IMG/VR virus record: IMGVR_UViG_3300027985_000891
Span: 60,899-124,898 of that record
Direction: 5' to 3' (one strand)
Source: a virus
DNA: 64,000 nucleotides
Part shown: positions 41,651-52,442 of the stretch, piece by piece
Layout: every line of letters begins with the position of its first letter
How positions within the stretch are numbered: position 1 is the stretch's first letter
Position numbers and translations under genes: made by a program
Notes under the pieces: generated by a model
The model's input: the letters and a program-made list of their open reading frames with translations, nothing else
Told to the model about the DNA's origin: nothing
Databases searched by the model: none

Positions 41651-41977
41651 ATGAAGAAACACTATCGATGTCCTACAGAAACGGACTTCGGAGTGGGAAG
41701 CATTGCTGATATTTACGAAGACTTTAGAAACTTACAGAATTATCAGGGTAGAGCAAGACTAATATGTGAGCTTGACGCGAACACACCACAACATCAGAGG
41801 CAGTACATTAGAGCAGAGATAGGTAATCCTAAAAAGCAAGCCCCACATACGGTTATATGGACTTGGAAGCGCTGGAAAGTAGAGTTCATAGACGGTCCCA
41901 ATAAAGGTTTTATTACAGCCAGAAAAATAGCTTATTTTGTCGCAGTAAGTAATAATTATGACTCAGGAACAAACTAG
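41651..41977 (+). CDS. Hypothetical protein
   Basis: 108-aa ORF leading the replication operon. Confidence 0.55.
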   Translation: MKKHYRCPTETDFGVGSIADIYEDFRNLQNYQGRARLICELDANTPQHQRQYIRAEIGNPKKQAPHTVIWTWKRWKVEFIDGPNKGFITARKIAYFVAVSNNYDSGTN

Positions 41978-41980
41978 AGT

Positions 41981-43915
41981 ATGACCATAAATCTTTACGA
42001 CTTAGAGGTCTTAGGCAACCTTTTTGTCGGAGTTTTCAAAGAACCCAAGAATAAAGAATACTTTGTTTTTATCATCTGGAATGATGGTGTCAAGACTATA
42101 GATGATCGAAATTCTATGCGTAGTTATCTAAAAGATAAACTATTAGTAGGTTTCAATAACCTGTCATTTGATGCTCCTGTACTAGATTATGTACTATCAG
42201 ATGATCGTCCGGATGTATATCAAATAAAAAGATACGCCAATGAGTGTATCGACGCTAAGTGGCCTCTAAAACGAGAAGAGCAACTAAAAATACCCAACCT
42301 AGATCTACTTAAGATCCATCACTATGACAATAATGCTAGACGTACTAGCTTAAAACAACTGGAGTTTTTCTTTCAGTTGGCTAATATAAAAGAGCTACCA
42401 TTTGCTCACGATGCTATTATCAAGACAGAAGCTCAGGTTAAAAAAATAGTTAGTTATTGTAAATATGACTTGAAACCCACTGAGATATTCTTTGAGAAAT
42501 CCCGGGAACATATTTTACATCGACAAGATGTTACACGGATGTTTAATATGTCTGCAATGAATATGTCAGATTCATCCATTGGTGAAAATATGGTGTTATC
42601 TGTTTTGTCTAAAGAGCTTCAAATCCCCAGGGAGAAGCTTGACAAGATGCGTACTCAGTATGATGAGATTGAAATCAAAGACTTAATCTTTTCATACATA
42701 TGGTCCTCTCCCTGGGTCCTGGATGCTAAGGAAAATTATTTTAACCACTTACACTTAAAATCAACTGTTTCAGATAAAGGCAATAAAGTATTTGACATAA
42801 AAAGTCAACAAGACTTTACTCAGATACATTTCAATAATGGACTACAACTTACAATCACTTATGGTTTAGGTGGTATTCATGGATGTGTACCTAAAGGAGT
42901 ATATGAATCTGACCAGGACTATATTATTATGTCTTGTGATGTTGCAGGAGAGTATCCTAATGTCATAGCTGCTAATCAACTTTATATTCAACACTTTGGA
43001 CCACAGTTTACTCAGATCTATAAAGAACATATTGTAGATGAAAGAAAGAAATGGCCTAAGAGTACCCACAAAAGATTAAACAAGAGCTATAAGGATGCCG
43101 GTAACTGTGTATTTGGAAAAACCGGTAGTGAATATAGTGCACTGTATGATCCTAAAGTAATGTTGACAATTACGGTTAATGGACAGCTTATGAAAGCTCT
43201 TTTAGGCAATCTGCTTTCATTGATCCCGGACAGTAAACTACTAATGTTAAATACGGATGGTCTTGAGATTAGGATACCAAGAAAATACAAACATTGGTAT
43301 CACTTAATTTGTGCCAGATGGGAAAAATTAACTAACTTAGATCTGGAGCACGATGAGTACGAGAAGCTGGTTATTAATAATGTTAACAACTACATTGGCT
43401 TCTATACCAATGGAAAAGTAAAGCGAAAGGGTTTATTCTGTTTACGAGAGGATTTGATTGCTAATGAGCAGTATCACAAAAATCCATCTTCCTGTATTAT
43501 TCAAGAAGCTATTTTTAACTATTTCAAGGACGGTACACCAGTTGAAACGACAATTAAAAACTGTCAGTCACTGCATGATTTTGCTATTGGTGTTAAAAAG
43601 CAAAAAGGGTTTGATTTTGGTCTTCTGATTGCTGATCATAATCGAAGTGTATCCATCAAAAAGAATAGTGATAGATTACTTAGGTTTTATGTAGCAAAAC
43701 ATCAAGGTCTACCTGATGAAAAATATGAAACAGGAAGTCTAGTTAAATTTTGGCATGACAGTAGAATAACAAGCATCTTAAAAGATCATACTGTCAATAT
43801 TATTCAACGTATAGTAGGTAAAGATCTATCTCGATACAAAAACATAGATTATGACTACTATATTTATGAAGCATATAAAATCATTTCCGACATAGAAGGA
43901 ATGGAATTAGCATGA
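41981..43915 (+). CDS. DNA polymerase family B with 3'-5' exonuclease
   Basis: Exo motifs YDLE, GFNNLSFD and YCKYD; Pol motifs DVAGEYPN, KDAGNCVFGK, NTDG and KRKG. Confidence 0.9.
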   Translation: MTINLYDLEVLGNLFVGVFKEPKNKEYFVFIIWNDGVKTIDDRNSMRSYLKDKLLVGFNNLSFDAPVLDYVLSDDRPDVYQIKRYANECIDAKWPLKREEQLKIPNLDLLKIHHYDNNARRTSLKQLEFFFQLANIKELPFAHDAIIKTEAQVKKIVSYCKYDLKPTEIFFEKSREHILHRQDVTRMFNMSAMNMSDSSIGENMVLSVLSKELQIPREKLDKMRTQYDEIEIKDLIFSYIWSSPWVLDAKENYFNHLHLKSTVSDKGNKVFDIKSQQDFTQIHFNNGLQLTITYGLGGIHGCVPKGVYESDQDYIIMSCDVAGEYPNVIAANQLYIQHFGPQFTQIYKEHIVDERKKWPKSTHKRLNKSYKDAGNCVFGKTGSEYSALYDPKVMLTITVNGQLMKALLGNLLSLIPDSKLLMLNTDGLEIRIPRKYKHWYHLICARWEKLTNLDLEHDEYEKLVINNVNNYIGFYTNGKVKRKGLFCLREDLIANEQYHKNPSSCIIQEAIFNYFKDGTPVETTIKNCQSLHDFAIGVKKQKGFDFGLLIADHNRSVSIKKNSDRLLRFYVAKHQGLPDEKYETGSLVKFWHDSRITSILKDHTVNIIQRIVGKDLSRYKNIDYDYYIYEAYKIISDIEGMELA

Positions 43916-44994
43916 GTAAAGATCAGATACAATCAGAAGTAGTAGACGAGATTATTAAACATAATGGTCATGGAGGTCTACAAATAGCAACAGGAGTAGG
44001 TAAAACAAAGATAGTTATCGACTATATTAAGAAAGCAGAGATCAAAAGTGTGCTCTGGATGGTACCTACGATTAAATTACGAGACAAAACTATTCCTGCA
44101 GAGTTTAAGAAATGGGATGCAGAAGACATATTCAAAGACTATATCCAGACTATATGCTATAAGAGCATAAATAAACTACACGATGAAGAATATGACCTTA
44201 TCGTTATGGATGAGGGTCATAATATCACGCAGATCAGTTCAATGTTTTTCTTTAAAAATAAGTGGAATCGAATACTATTCCTAAGTGCCACTTTTCCCAG
44301 GTATGGTTTTAAGTATCGTTTCATGGAAAAACTTAAAATTAACTTGATTCGAACTATAACTGTAGATGATGCTGTAGAGGATAACCTGATATCCGCTTAT
44401 ACGATTTTTGTTATTAATACAAAGTTAGACACTCAAAAAGTAATGAGTGGTTACGGATTTCCAACAAGTGAACAATCTACATACGACTACTATACAAAGA
44501 AAATTGCAAGCTATCCATTTCAGGCGCCTCAGCAGCTATATTTACAAAGGATGCGTGCAATCTATGACTCGAAAAATAAAGTACGAGCAGCCAAAAAAGT
44601 TTTATCTACTATGGCGCCCAGTTTAAGAGTAATCATTTTTGCTTCAACTATTAAAGCTGCAGAAAGCTTATGTGAATACACTTATCATTCGAAAACAGAT
44701 GATCATCATTATGCTCTTTTTAACGAAAAGAAGATTAATAGATTAGCTGTAGTCGACGCAATTAATGAAGGTGATAACTTGGTTGATATTGATGTCGTAG
44801 TTATTGTACAGGCCAATAGCAATGACCGAAAATACATCCAAAGACAAGGGAGAGGTTTACGATGGCGATCAGATCACTTAGCTACTATTTACATTATCCA
44901 GGCAATTAATACTGTTGATGTTGATTGGGTAAATAAAAGCTTAAGTTCAATCTCCGCTGATAATATTTTTCACCTTAATGAAGATATTTTATGA
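43912..44994 (+). CDS. Superfamily 2 helicase
   Basis: ATGVGKT, DEGH, LSAT and QRQGRGLR. Confidence 0.9.
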   Translation: MSKDQIQSEVVDEIIKHNGHGGLQIATGVGKTKIVIDYIKKAEIKSVLWMVPTIKLRDKTIPAEFKKWDAEDIFKDYIQTICYKSINKLHDEEYDLIVMDEGHNITQISSMFFFKNKWNRILFLSATFPRYGFKYRFMEKLKINLIRTITVDDAVEDNLISAYTIFVINTKLDTQKVMSGYGFPTSEQSTYDYYTKKIASYPFQAPQQLYLQRMRAIYDSKNKVRAAKKVLSTMAPSLRVIIFASTIKAAESLCEYTYHSKTDDHHYALFNEKKINRLAVVDAINEGDNLVDIDVVVIVQANSNDRKYIQRQGRGLRWRSDHLATIYIIQAINTVDVDWVNKSLSSISADNIFHLNEDIL

Positions 44995-45362
44995 GTTTCT
45001 TTAAAAAAAGATTAGAAGAAGTAGAAACACCTACTATTCATGAAGACTGTATTCCTCAGATCATTCCTAGTAGAATTGATCAAGAAACAGAAAGACAACT
45101 ATTTTATATGTTTTATCGAATCAAGGAGGCTAAAATGGATGATGCTCTAATCCATATTGAACCTTCACTTACCAAGTGGTGGGATGATTTATGGAAAAGA
45201 TATGATGATGCAGTACGTAGATCAAAATTACTTGATCGATTAAACGGAGTACTTGAAAACGAATTTACTTCACAGGAGCTTGAAGATTTGTCACAACTGG
45301 ATAAGTTTAAAATTAAAGCTCACGAAAAATCACCACATGATCTGGGTGAAACTCCATTTTAA
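44991..45362 (+). CDS. Hypothetical protein
   Basis: 123 aa, coupled within the operon. Confidence 0.5.
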   Translation: MSFFKKRLEEVETPTIHEDCIPQIIPSRIDQETERQLFYMFYRIKEAKMDDALIHIEPSLTKWWDDLWKRYDDAVRRSKLLDRLNGVLENEFTSQELEDLSQLDKFKIKAHEKSPHDLGETPF

Positions 45363-45826
45363 TGTTAAGACGAGATATAGAGAAGTTGATCAGAATTATT
45401 GAACCTCAAGTTATTAGTATCTTGAAGGCTCATGGTCTGATAACAGATCCGAAAAAAAAGATGAAGTATGGAAGTGTCGTATTGACACAGAAAGGTAAAG
45501 CATTAATTGGTCTCAGTGATATCCCTATTACAGAACAATGGTTAACATCGTGGATGGAATTATGGCCTGTTGGTTTTAGAGGATCCCGGGCTACTATTCG
45601 TGATAAACTAAATCGATTTCTACAAGAACATGATTGTTCCCTGGATGAGATTATAGAATCAACAAACCGGTGGTTACAAGATAAGAATACTCCATATCAT
45701 GGAAGTGCTCATCATTTCTTCTACAAAATGGAAGGAATAGACTCGGAGATATCCCGGTGTGAGGAGTATTTGGATATTATTCGTAGTCCTGATAAGAAAT
45801 CAGATAGAAACTTCTTTGTAGAATGA
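45362..45826 (+). CDS. Putative replication initiator/helicase-loader-like protein
   Basis: Immediately upstream of DnaB; wHTH-like LTQKGK and W.ELWP pattern. Confidence 0.45.
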   Translation: MLRRDIEKLIRIIEPQVISILKAHGLITDPKKKMKYGSVVLTQKGKALIGLSDIPITEQWLTSWMELWPVGFRGSRATIRDKLNRFLQEHDCSLDEIIESTNRWLQDKNTPYHGSAHHFFYKMEGIDSEISRCEEYLDIIRSPDKKSDRNFFVE

Positions 45827-46752
45827 AGCGTATTGATCAAGTATTTGACGAGGAGCTTCTTTATATAGAGGCTCGTATGAAAGGCCTGATCAAGTCCATG
45901 TTAACTCCATGGCCGACGATCAATAAGGCAGGAATTCAAGGTTGGGAGTGGGGTACTATTAACACCATAGCAGCAATGTCTGGTGTTGGTAAGACTGCAG
46001 CTGTCAATCAACTTGTTACTGAGACCCATGGCTGTAACCCGGGTGAACCCATCTCAATATTATTCTATACGATGGAAATGGCAGCTACTAAGCTGATAGC
46101 CCGAACTATTTCGCACGATATTAAGTGGACAGTACAGGATATCTACACTAATATGGATCAAGCGAAATTAGACTATATTAAAACTAATATTAAAGTAAAC
46201 CATGATCAAAAGGATATCTTTTACGAGGAGATACCTAAGACATCTTTTGCTACCAGGAACGAAATAGAAGCTTTTATTAAAGCACGCCCCAGGAGGAAGG
46301 TGTTAGTTATCTACGATCATGCATTACTCGTTAGAAGCGATAATCAAGATTCCGAAAGAGAACGACTGATCCAATTGATGAGTCACTTTAACGACCTCAA
46401 AAAGATCTATCCCAATAGTATGTACATACTTCTTGCCCAGTTAAACCGGGATTTAGAGGATATGAGCCGGATACTTAAACCTATGTTACAGTTTCCTAAG
46501 AAAGGAGACATATTTGGATCCGATGCATGCTTTCAGTTTAGTGATGTCGTTCTGGTTCTACATGATCCCTATAAGCTAAATATTGTACAATATGGGCCAA
46601 ATAAGTGGCCTACGAGAGGATTTGTGTTTGGACACTTACTTAAAGTAAGAGAAGGAATTCCCGATAAAGTGGTAATGTTTCATAACAAGCTGGAACATAA
46701 CCGGTTAGTAGAATTGACTCAGCAAGATTTAACAAACTTTGGTTTTAAATAA
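45823..46752 (+). CDS. dnaB: DnaB-like replicative helicase
   Basis: AMSGVGKT, MEM, YDH, LAQLNR and LKVREG. Confidence 0.85.
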   Translation: MKRIDQVFDEELLYIEARMKGLIKSMLTPWPTINKAGIQGWEWGTINTIAAMSGVGKTAAVNQLVTETHGCNPGEPISILFYTMEMAATKLIARTISHDIKWTVQDIYTNMDQAKLDYIKTNIKVNHDQKDIFYEEIPKTSFATRNEIEAFIKARPRRKVLVIYDHALLVRSDNQDSERERLIQLMSHFNDLKKIYPNSMYILLAQLNRDLEDMSRILKPMLQFPKKGDIFGSDACFQFSDVVLVLHDPYKLNIVQYGPNKWPTRGFVFGHLLKVREGIPDKVVMFHNKLEHNRLVELTQQDLTNFGFK

Positions 46753-46758
46753 GCACAC

Positions 46759-47379
46759 ATGCAGCTTAATTCAACAGTAGGCTATCATATACCCAATGAT
46801 GAGGTTGCCAAAGAAATCATCGTACAGTCACTCAAGAAGGATGTTACCAACTATGGTATCTGTATTATGAATCAGAAAAAACTCAGGGTATATGAAAGCA
46901 TGGTAGAGAAAGCAGAAGATCTCTACTTTATTTCAGCGTACAAGTATAACGAAGAGAGAAGATATGATTTGTATCCCAATAAGCTTACCATTTGGAAGCT
47001 ACCTAAGCACATATTAATGAGCTGGGACAAGCATATGATTGAACGTCATCCAGAGAAGAAGATCATCATCTTTCCTCCAAATCTAGCTATTATGGTATGG
47101 CAATTAGGTCAGGGTATTATTCCTGAACCGGTTCAACCACAAAGTACTGTAGGTATCAATGACTTCGGACATGTTTATAAAGTTCCTCTTCCCACGGGAG
47201 ATGAAGAAAGCTTTACTATCCGGGACAAAGCATGTATGGCCTTAAAAGTACCCAGAAGTGAAAAGGAGTGGCTGAATACACTAATTATTGAGGCTAGACT
47301 CAATGAACGAAAAGATCATGAATATCTTATTAACACATTAGTAAAAGCATATTACGAATATGATAGAACTACCGAGTAG
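46759..47379 (+). CDS. Hypothetical protein
   Basis: 206 aa; C-terminal TIRDKACMALKVPRSEKEWLN. Confidence 0.6.
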   Translation: MQLNSTVGYHIPNDEVAKEIIVQSLKKDVTNYGICIMNQKKLRVYESMVEKAEDLYFISAYKYNEERRYDLYPNKLTIWKLPKHILMSWDKHMIERHPEKKIIIFPPNLAIMVWQLGQGIIPEPVQPQSTVGINDFGHVYKVPLPTGDEESFTIRDKACMALKVPRSEKEWLNTLIIEARLNERKDHEYLINTLVKAYYEYDRTTE

Positions 47380-48148
47380 CCAAGAGGCAAAACCTACTAC
47401 TGTTAGATCAATGATTATTATCAGTCGCCCCAAAGTGGGTAAAACTGAAGCATTACTGAAACTGCCAGATAGTATACTTTTTGATCTTGAGAACTCAGCT
47501 CATCTGTATGGAGGCACCTATGTGAACATTGATGATGAGTGCAGAAAACTAAAAAGTGGCCCGATTAATGTTTTGCTACAATATGCCGAACTTATTAAGA
47601 AAGAAAATGAAAACTTGGGTCATTTTAAGTATAAATTTGGTATTATTGACACTATATCTGCCCTTGAAGAATACTGTGATGCATATGCTACGTATTTGTA
47701 TACCAAAAGTCAACAGGGTCAGAATTTTAAAGGCAAAAGCGTTGTTACCGAACTAGAGTACGGCGCAGGGTATAACTGGCTACGAACCGCATTCGATATG
47801 GTATTATCTCCATTCTTTCACCTGTTTGAAACCCTAATCTTGACTTCTCATGTCAAGGATAGTTCTATAACAATTAGAGGAGTAGTAACACCATCGATCG
47901 ATATCAATCTGACCGGTAAACTCAAGTTAATTACTACTGCCAAAGTAGATGCTATTGGTACAATGTTCCGTGATCCGGATAAAGACAATACCAATATTCT
48001 AAGTTTCAAGACTATGAGTACTGATGTTGTATGTGGTGCTCGACCTCCTCATTTAAGTAATAAGGAGTTTGTGATCTCTGAGAAAGACCCAGTTTCTGGA
48101 GATCTTAGAACGAACTGGGATGGCATTTTTCCAACTAATTTTTCTTAA
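47360..48148 (+). CDS. AAA_24/Sak4-like ATPase
   Basis: SRPKVGKT, DLE, IIDTIS and LTSHVKD. Confidence 0.8.
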   Translation: MIELPSSQEAKPTTVRSMIIISRPKVGKTEALLKLPDSILFDLENSAHLYGGTYVNIDDECRKLKSGPINVLLQYAELIKKENENLGHFKYKFGIIDTISALEEYCDAYATYLYTKSQQGQNFKGKSVVTELEYGAGYNWLRTAFDMVLSPFFHLFETLILTSHVKDSSITIRGVVTPSIDINLTGKLKLITTAKVDAIGTMFRDPDKDNTNILSFKTMSTDVVCGARPPHLSNKEFVISEKDPVSGDLRTNWDGIFPTNFS

Positions 48149-48165
48149 TCATAACATGTTATCAT

Positions 48166-48807
48166 ATGAAATACGGTTTTAGAGAAGATCAGGTTAACAC
48201 TGGAGGTCCTAAGTTTCCAATAGGACCGGCCATTGATAATGTTATACTTGAAAAGGTAGAATATGTATCTGGTCAAGACAAGAATGGGTCATCTTTTGAA
48301 GCAGTTGACTTTTATTACCAACGAGAAGATGAGGCCGGAGTTGAACAAAAGATCAAGGATAGACTTTTTACCGTAAATGAGTCTACTTTGCAGCCTAAAC
48401 CTAATATGACATTAGAAGATGTCACTAAGAAGGCATATGAGGTCTTCAACACTAAATTGCTCCGAGTAGCGGAAGCATGCAATATCGGCAGAGAAGAAGT
48501 ACAAGAACAATGTGCTAATAGCTCTACTTTTCGAGAGCTTATTGAAACGTATGCTGAAATCATTAATAGTCGGGCAAAGGGTAATTTCTTTTGGTTGAAA
48601 ACCCTGCCTGACAATAATGGATATACCCGGGTAGCAGCATTCACAGACTTTATACAAAATATGTCTGAGAGTACTTGTAGACTCATGTATACCAAGTATG
48701 AACAGGATAAGATAGCTAACATGCGTACAGCACCAGCTGCTGGCGTGCATGAAGAAGCAGGAGCTCCGGGTACAGACTGGAGCAATGTTTCGGAAAGCAA
48801 GTTCTAA
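48166..48807 (+). CDS. Putative single-stranded DNA-binding protein
   Basis: Follows the Sak4-like gene; beta-rich with a flexible tail ending in F; terminator at about 48823-48855. Confidence 0.55.
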   Translation: MKYGFREDQVNTGGPKFPIGPAIDNVILEKVEYVSGQDKNGSSFEAVDFYYQREDEAGVEQKIKDRLFTVNESTLQPKPNMTLEDVTKKAYEVFNTKLLRVAEACNIGREEVQEQCANSSTFRELIETYAEIINSRAKGNFFWLKTLPDNNGYTRVAAFTDFIQNMSESTCRLMYTKYEQDKIANMRTAPAAGVHEEAGAPGTDWSNVSESKF

Positions 48808-48862
48808 TCATTTAAGGGTCGTAAGGTCTCAGACAAAGTGTCTGGGGCCTTTTTAGTTTTAG

Positions 48863-49876
48863 ATGATGAAATACAACTTTATCAACATTCACGTTTCAAG
48901 TAAAGCACACCTCAACCAGACAGTGTCAGATGAGGATATTATTTACTTCTGTTATGGTGATTTTGATTATAACGAGTATTTAATAAGCCCCAGAGGAGAG
49001 AGGGATCCATCACTAATATTTGATATCTATAATGGCGAACTTAAGTGGAGAGACTTTGGCCGGTCTCCTTATCCACGAGATGCTGTCGAATTCTACATGT
49101 ATTGTGAGGAAATCAACAACGATCGCAATATCAGCTATGGAAGAGCACTTAACGAGATTAAGTATAAGGTCAAACCAGGCATATGTCCTCAGACCAACTA
49201 TAAAACTAAAACAGAGGCGATACCCGCTCTGAAGTTTAGAAGAACCTATTATTCCTGGGAACTCAAGTATTGGGAAGACTATCATATCCAATATAGCACT
49301 CTAAATCATTTTGATGTTTATCCGGGAGAGTTATGGGTCAATAAGATCTTATGGCATCGATCTACAGAAGGAGATCCTATGTTTGTATACTTATTTGACC
49401 AAAAGAAGTCGATATGGAAAGCCTATCGCCCCCACGCTCCCTGGGAAATTGTTAAAGGTAAAAATCAGCGAAAACGCTTCTATACAGAAAACACTACACA
49501 TCACATCCAAGGATATAAGCAAATACCAGAAGAAGGAGAAATACTCTTCATTACCAAGAGTATGAAAGATGTGATGATATTCTTTGAACTAGGATTACCC
49601 GCTATAGCACCACACTCGGAAAATGATTTTATACCGTTATCCGTGTTAGAAATATTAAGGAACAAGTATACACATATCATCGTTAATTACGATAATGATT
49701 ACACTGGAATTAGTCGTAGTACTGCAATAACTCAAGAACACAAATTATTACACTGGAACGTTCCTAAAGGCTATATCGGCAATCCCAAGGATCCATCTGA
49801 CTTATCAAAAAGTCATGGATTGAAAGAAGTCGAGTTACAAGTAAATAATCGACTTAGATACTATAGTATCATATAA
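48863..49876 (+). CDS. Primase (TOPRIM, crAss-type)
   Basis: SPRGERDPS, WRDFG, ITKSMKD, YDND and KDPSD. Confidence 0.8.
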   Translation: MMKYNFINIHVSSKAHLNQTVSDEDIIYFCYGDFDYNEYLISPRGERDPSLIFDIYNGELKWRDFGRSPYPRDAVEFYMYCEEINNDRNISYGRALNEIKYKVKPGICPQTNYKTKTEAIPALKFRRTYYSWELKYWEDYHIQYSTLNHFDVYPGELWVNKILWHRSTEGDPMFVYLFDQKKSIWKAYRPHAPWEIVKGKNQRKRFYTENTTHHIQGYKQIPEEGEILFITKSMKDVMIFFELGLPAIAPHSENDFIPLSVLEILRNKYTHIIVNYDNDYTGISRSTAITQEHKLLHWNVPKGYIGNPKDPSDLSKSHGLKEVELQVNNRLRYYSII

Positions 49877-49917
49877 ACTTTTTTTATTATATAAACTCAC
49901 ATAATTTTTGGAATTTT

Positions 49918-50619
49918 ATGGGGTCCGAATATTTAAACAATATTTTTGGAACCTGGCTCGATCCGCTAACTCGTTGGGGTATGGCTTTTGGTTTTGGCAA
50001 AATGATTAAGTCTTTAGATGAGGCTTACAAAACTGACGTTATTTATCCTCCTAAAACTAAAGTGTTTCGAGTTTTTCAGGTAACACCTTTCGATCAGGTT
50101 AAAGTGATCATGCTTTTACAGGATCCATATCATGATGGTAAAGCTACCGGCTTGGCAGCAGCAAATGAACTAGATCCCAACAGTGAGATCACACATATGT
50201 CACCTTCATTACAGGTGATCTATAGAGAGTGGCAGAATGATCCTGCTACTACGGCTAGTGAAGAGTTTGATCCTACATTTATATCCTGGGCAAATCAGGG
50301 AGTAATGATGTTAAATGCAGCACTTACTGTAAAGCAAGGAACACCTACTTCACACCTATCTATCTGGAGACCATGGACTGAAAAGTTTCTACTCTCATTA
50401 AGTCAAGAGAAACCTAATCTAGTATACGTATTGATGGGTCGTAAAGCTCAAGAATGGAAAAGTTACATTATTAATGGAAGAATTATCACTGTACCACATC
50501 CGGCAGCTGAAGTTTATGCTGCACGCTTCAACAAGGAAGCTGGATTTTACCAGTCACGCATTTTTTCTAAAGTTAATGAAGCATTATCTCTATTTAAACA
50601 GGAACCTATATCATGGTAA
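49918..50619 (+). CDS. ung: Uracil-DNA glycosylase (family 1)
   Basis: LQDPY, ATGLA, WANQGVMMLNAALTV and HPAA. Confidence 0.9.
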   Translation: MGSEYLNNIFGTWLDPLTRWGMAFGFGKMIKSLDEAYKTDVIYPPKTKVFRVFQVTPFDQVKVIMLLQDPYHDGKATGLAAANELDPNSEITHMSPSLQVIYREWQNDPATTASEEFDPTFISWANQGVMMLNAALTVKQGTPTSHLSIWRPWTEKFLLSLSQEKPNLVYVLMGRKAQEWKSYIINGRIITVPHPAAEVYAARFNKEAGFYQSRIFSKVNEALSLFKQEPISW

Positions 50620-51089
50620 AAGGTAATGCATTAACGGAAGTACATGAGAAAAGAATCGCTAGACTATTTCATATGTTCTCTGACTTTAATGTAGATATAG
50701 CAGGGAATCCTAACTATCCCATGATCGTTATTGATCGGGTGAAACTATTACATACTTATATTAATAACTTCGATCTATATTTCCTAGAAAAAATGAGTAT
50801 CAATGGGGAAATACCGCCTACAATCTTTCAGCATAAGTTACGCCAAGGGACAAAAGTTTCTAAGTCTCAACTCGAAGAGTATGTGGAGACCTACGGATTT
50901 CGAAGAGTGTATCCTATTAAACTATATGGAACTGACCTATTTTTGTCTGGTTGGAATTTCAAAGATCGACACAGAGGCTTGCTTAAGTACCCTGTCTTTG
51001 CTAGGTACCGTTGTCACTACTTCTTCAGTCATGAAATCGTAGATAGTATTATTGAAGATTATCCTGAATATAAACTGTTAAAAATATGA
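50613..51089 (+). CDS. Hypothetical protein
   Basis: 158-aa ORF. Confidence 0.5.
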   Translation: MVKGNALTEVHEKRIARLFHMFSDFNVDIAGNPNYPMIVIDRVKLLHTYINNFDLYFLEKMSINGEIPPTIFQHKLRQGTKVSKSQLEEYVETYGFRRVYPIKLYGTDLFLSGWNFKDRHRGLLKYPVFARYRCHYFFSHEIVDSIIEDYPEYKLLKI

Positions 51090-51177
51090 GCTTAATCCTT
51101 TTTATCATTTGTACAACTATCTTTCTAATAGTATTCTTTAGTATGATAGAAAACATTGTCAAAAAATATAGAAAACC

Positions 51178-52428
51178 ATGAATGTACTCGCAGATCTTGC
51201 ACGCATAGGTAGACAAATTATTATTCGTCACTCTTACTATGGTATCTTTTTGTCTACACTTAATAGAAAAGTAGACAATGATCCTCAAAGATGTCCTACT
51301 GCTGGTGTATCCAAGAATGGATTGAACACTCAGATCGCAGTGAATGAAGAGTTTTGGTACAAACTATCCCAGGGAGAGAAGATGTTTGTTCTCATCCACG
51401 AACTACTACATATATGTCTGTTCCATATTACTATGAGACAGTCTTATCGTGACTATATTATGTTTAATATAGCAGCTGATCTTGAGATCAATCAGTATCT
51501 ATTTGCCATGGACGATGTAGACAATTTAGCCGGTGCACTCAAGCTGGAAGACCATGGCTTTGATCCTAAAAATGAGGCGCTTAAGGGTACCCGATATTAT
51601 TATGAGAAACTCATGCAAAAGAGGGAAAAGAATCAACTACCTAAAGGTACTCAACAATTATATGAAGCCATGGCTAAAGGTGAACAAACTATATGTTCTC
51701 ATAAAACCTGGAATGAGTTTGAAGGTTTAACAGAGAGTGAAAAGCGTGTCATTGAAGAACAGATACGTAGCCAAATGAAAAGTTCATGGGAGAACGTAGA
51801 TAAAAGTCGAGGTAACATTCCTAATGCATTAAAAGGTATACTCGATGAGATTCTAAAACCTAAGAAAGCTATCTTTGATTGGCGTAGAACGATACGTCAG
51901 TTTACCGGTGCATATTCTAATGAGATCTTTACCAAAAAACTTCGAAGGAAATACAACAAAAGATTTCCTGCTATGCCCGGGCTCAAGATTAAGAACCAAA
52001 AGAGTTTACTTTGTGCAGTAGATACATCTGGTTCAGTATCTAAAGATGAGTTTATTGAATTCATGAGAGAAATCGATGTTGTCCGTCGTGCTGGTGTACA
52101 TGTTACTGTTGTTGAATGTGATGCATATGTAGACAAAGAAAAGGGTGTATATAAATTCACCGGTCTAAGCTCTATTCAAGATCGTAAAGTAACCGGTGGA
52201 GGTGGTACCTCATTCGATCCGCCTATTGAATTTCTTAACGAAGAAGCTAACAAGTATAGTGCACTTATTTATTTCACGGATGGATATGCTCCATGTCCGG
52301 ATACCATTCCTCGTCGTCCTGTGATGTGGGTCATCTCTCAAAGTGGTGACAGCATTCAGCACTTAAAAGAGCAGGGTTTTCCTGGAGTTATCATTCGTAT
52401 TCCTGAAGAAGAAAATTTTCATTCATAA
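51178..52428 (+). CDS. Metallopeptidase-like (HExxH) plus VWA domain protein (DUF2201-like)
   Basis: HELLH, NIAADLEINQ, MIDAS DTSGS, GGGGTSF and YFTDG. Confidence 0.85.
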   Translation: MNVLADLARIGRQIIIRHSYYGIFLSTLNRKVDNDPQRCPTAGVSKNGLNTQIAVNEEFWYKLSQGEKMFVLIHELLHICLFHITMRQSYRDYIMFNIAADLEINQYLFAMDDVDNLAGALKLEDHGFDPKNEALKGTRYYYEKLMQKREKNQLPKGTQQLYEAMAKGEQTICSHKTWNEFEGLTESEKRVIEEQIRSQMKSSWENVDKSRGNIPNALKGILDEILKPKKAIFDWRRTIRQFTGAYSNEIFTKKLRRKYNKRFPAMPGLKIKNQKSLLCAVDTSGSVSKDEFIEFMREIDVVRRAGVHVTVVECDAYVDKEKGVYKFTGLSSIQDRKVTGGGGTSFDPPIEFLNEEANKYSALIYFTDGYAPCPDTIPRRPVMWVISQSGDSIQHLKEQGFPGVIIRIPEEENFHS

Positions 52429-52442
52429 CTTAACATTAAAAC

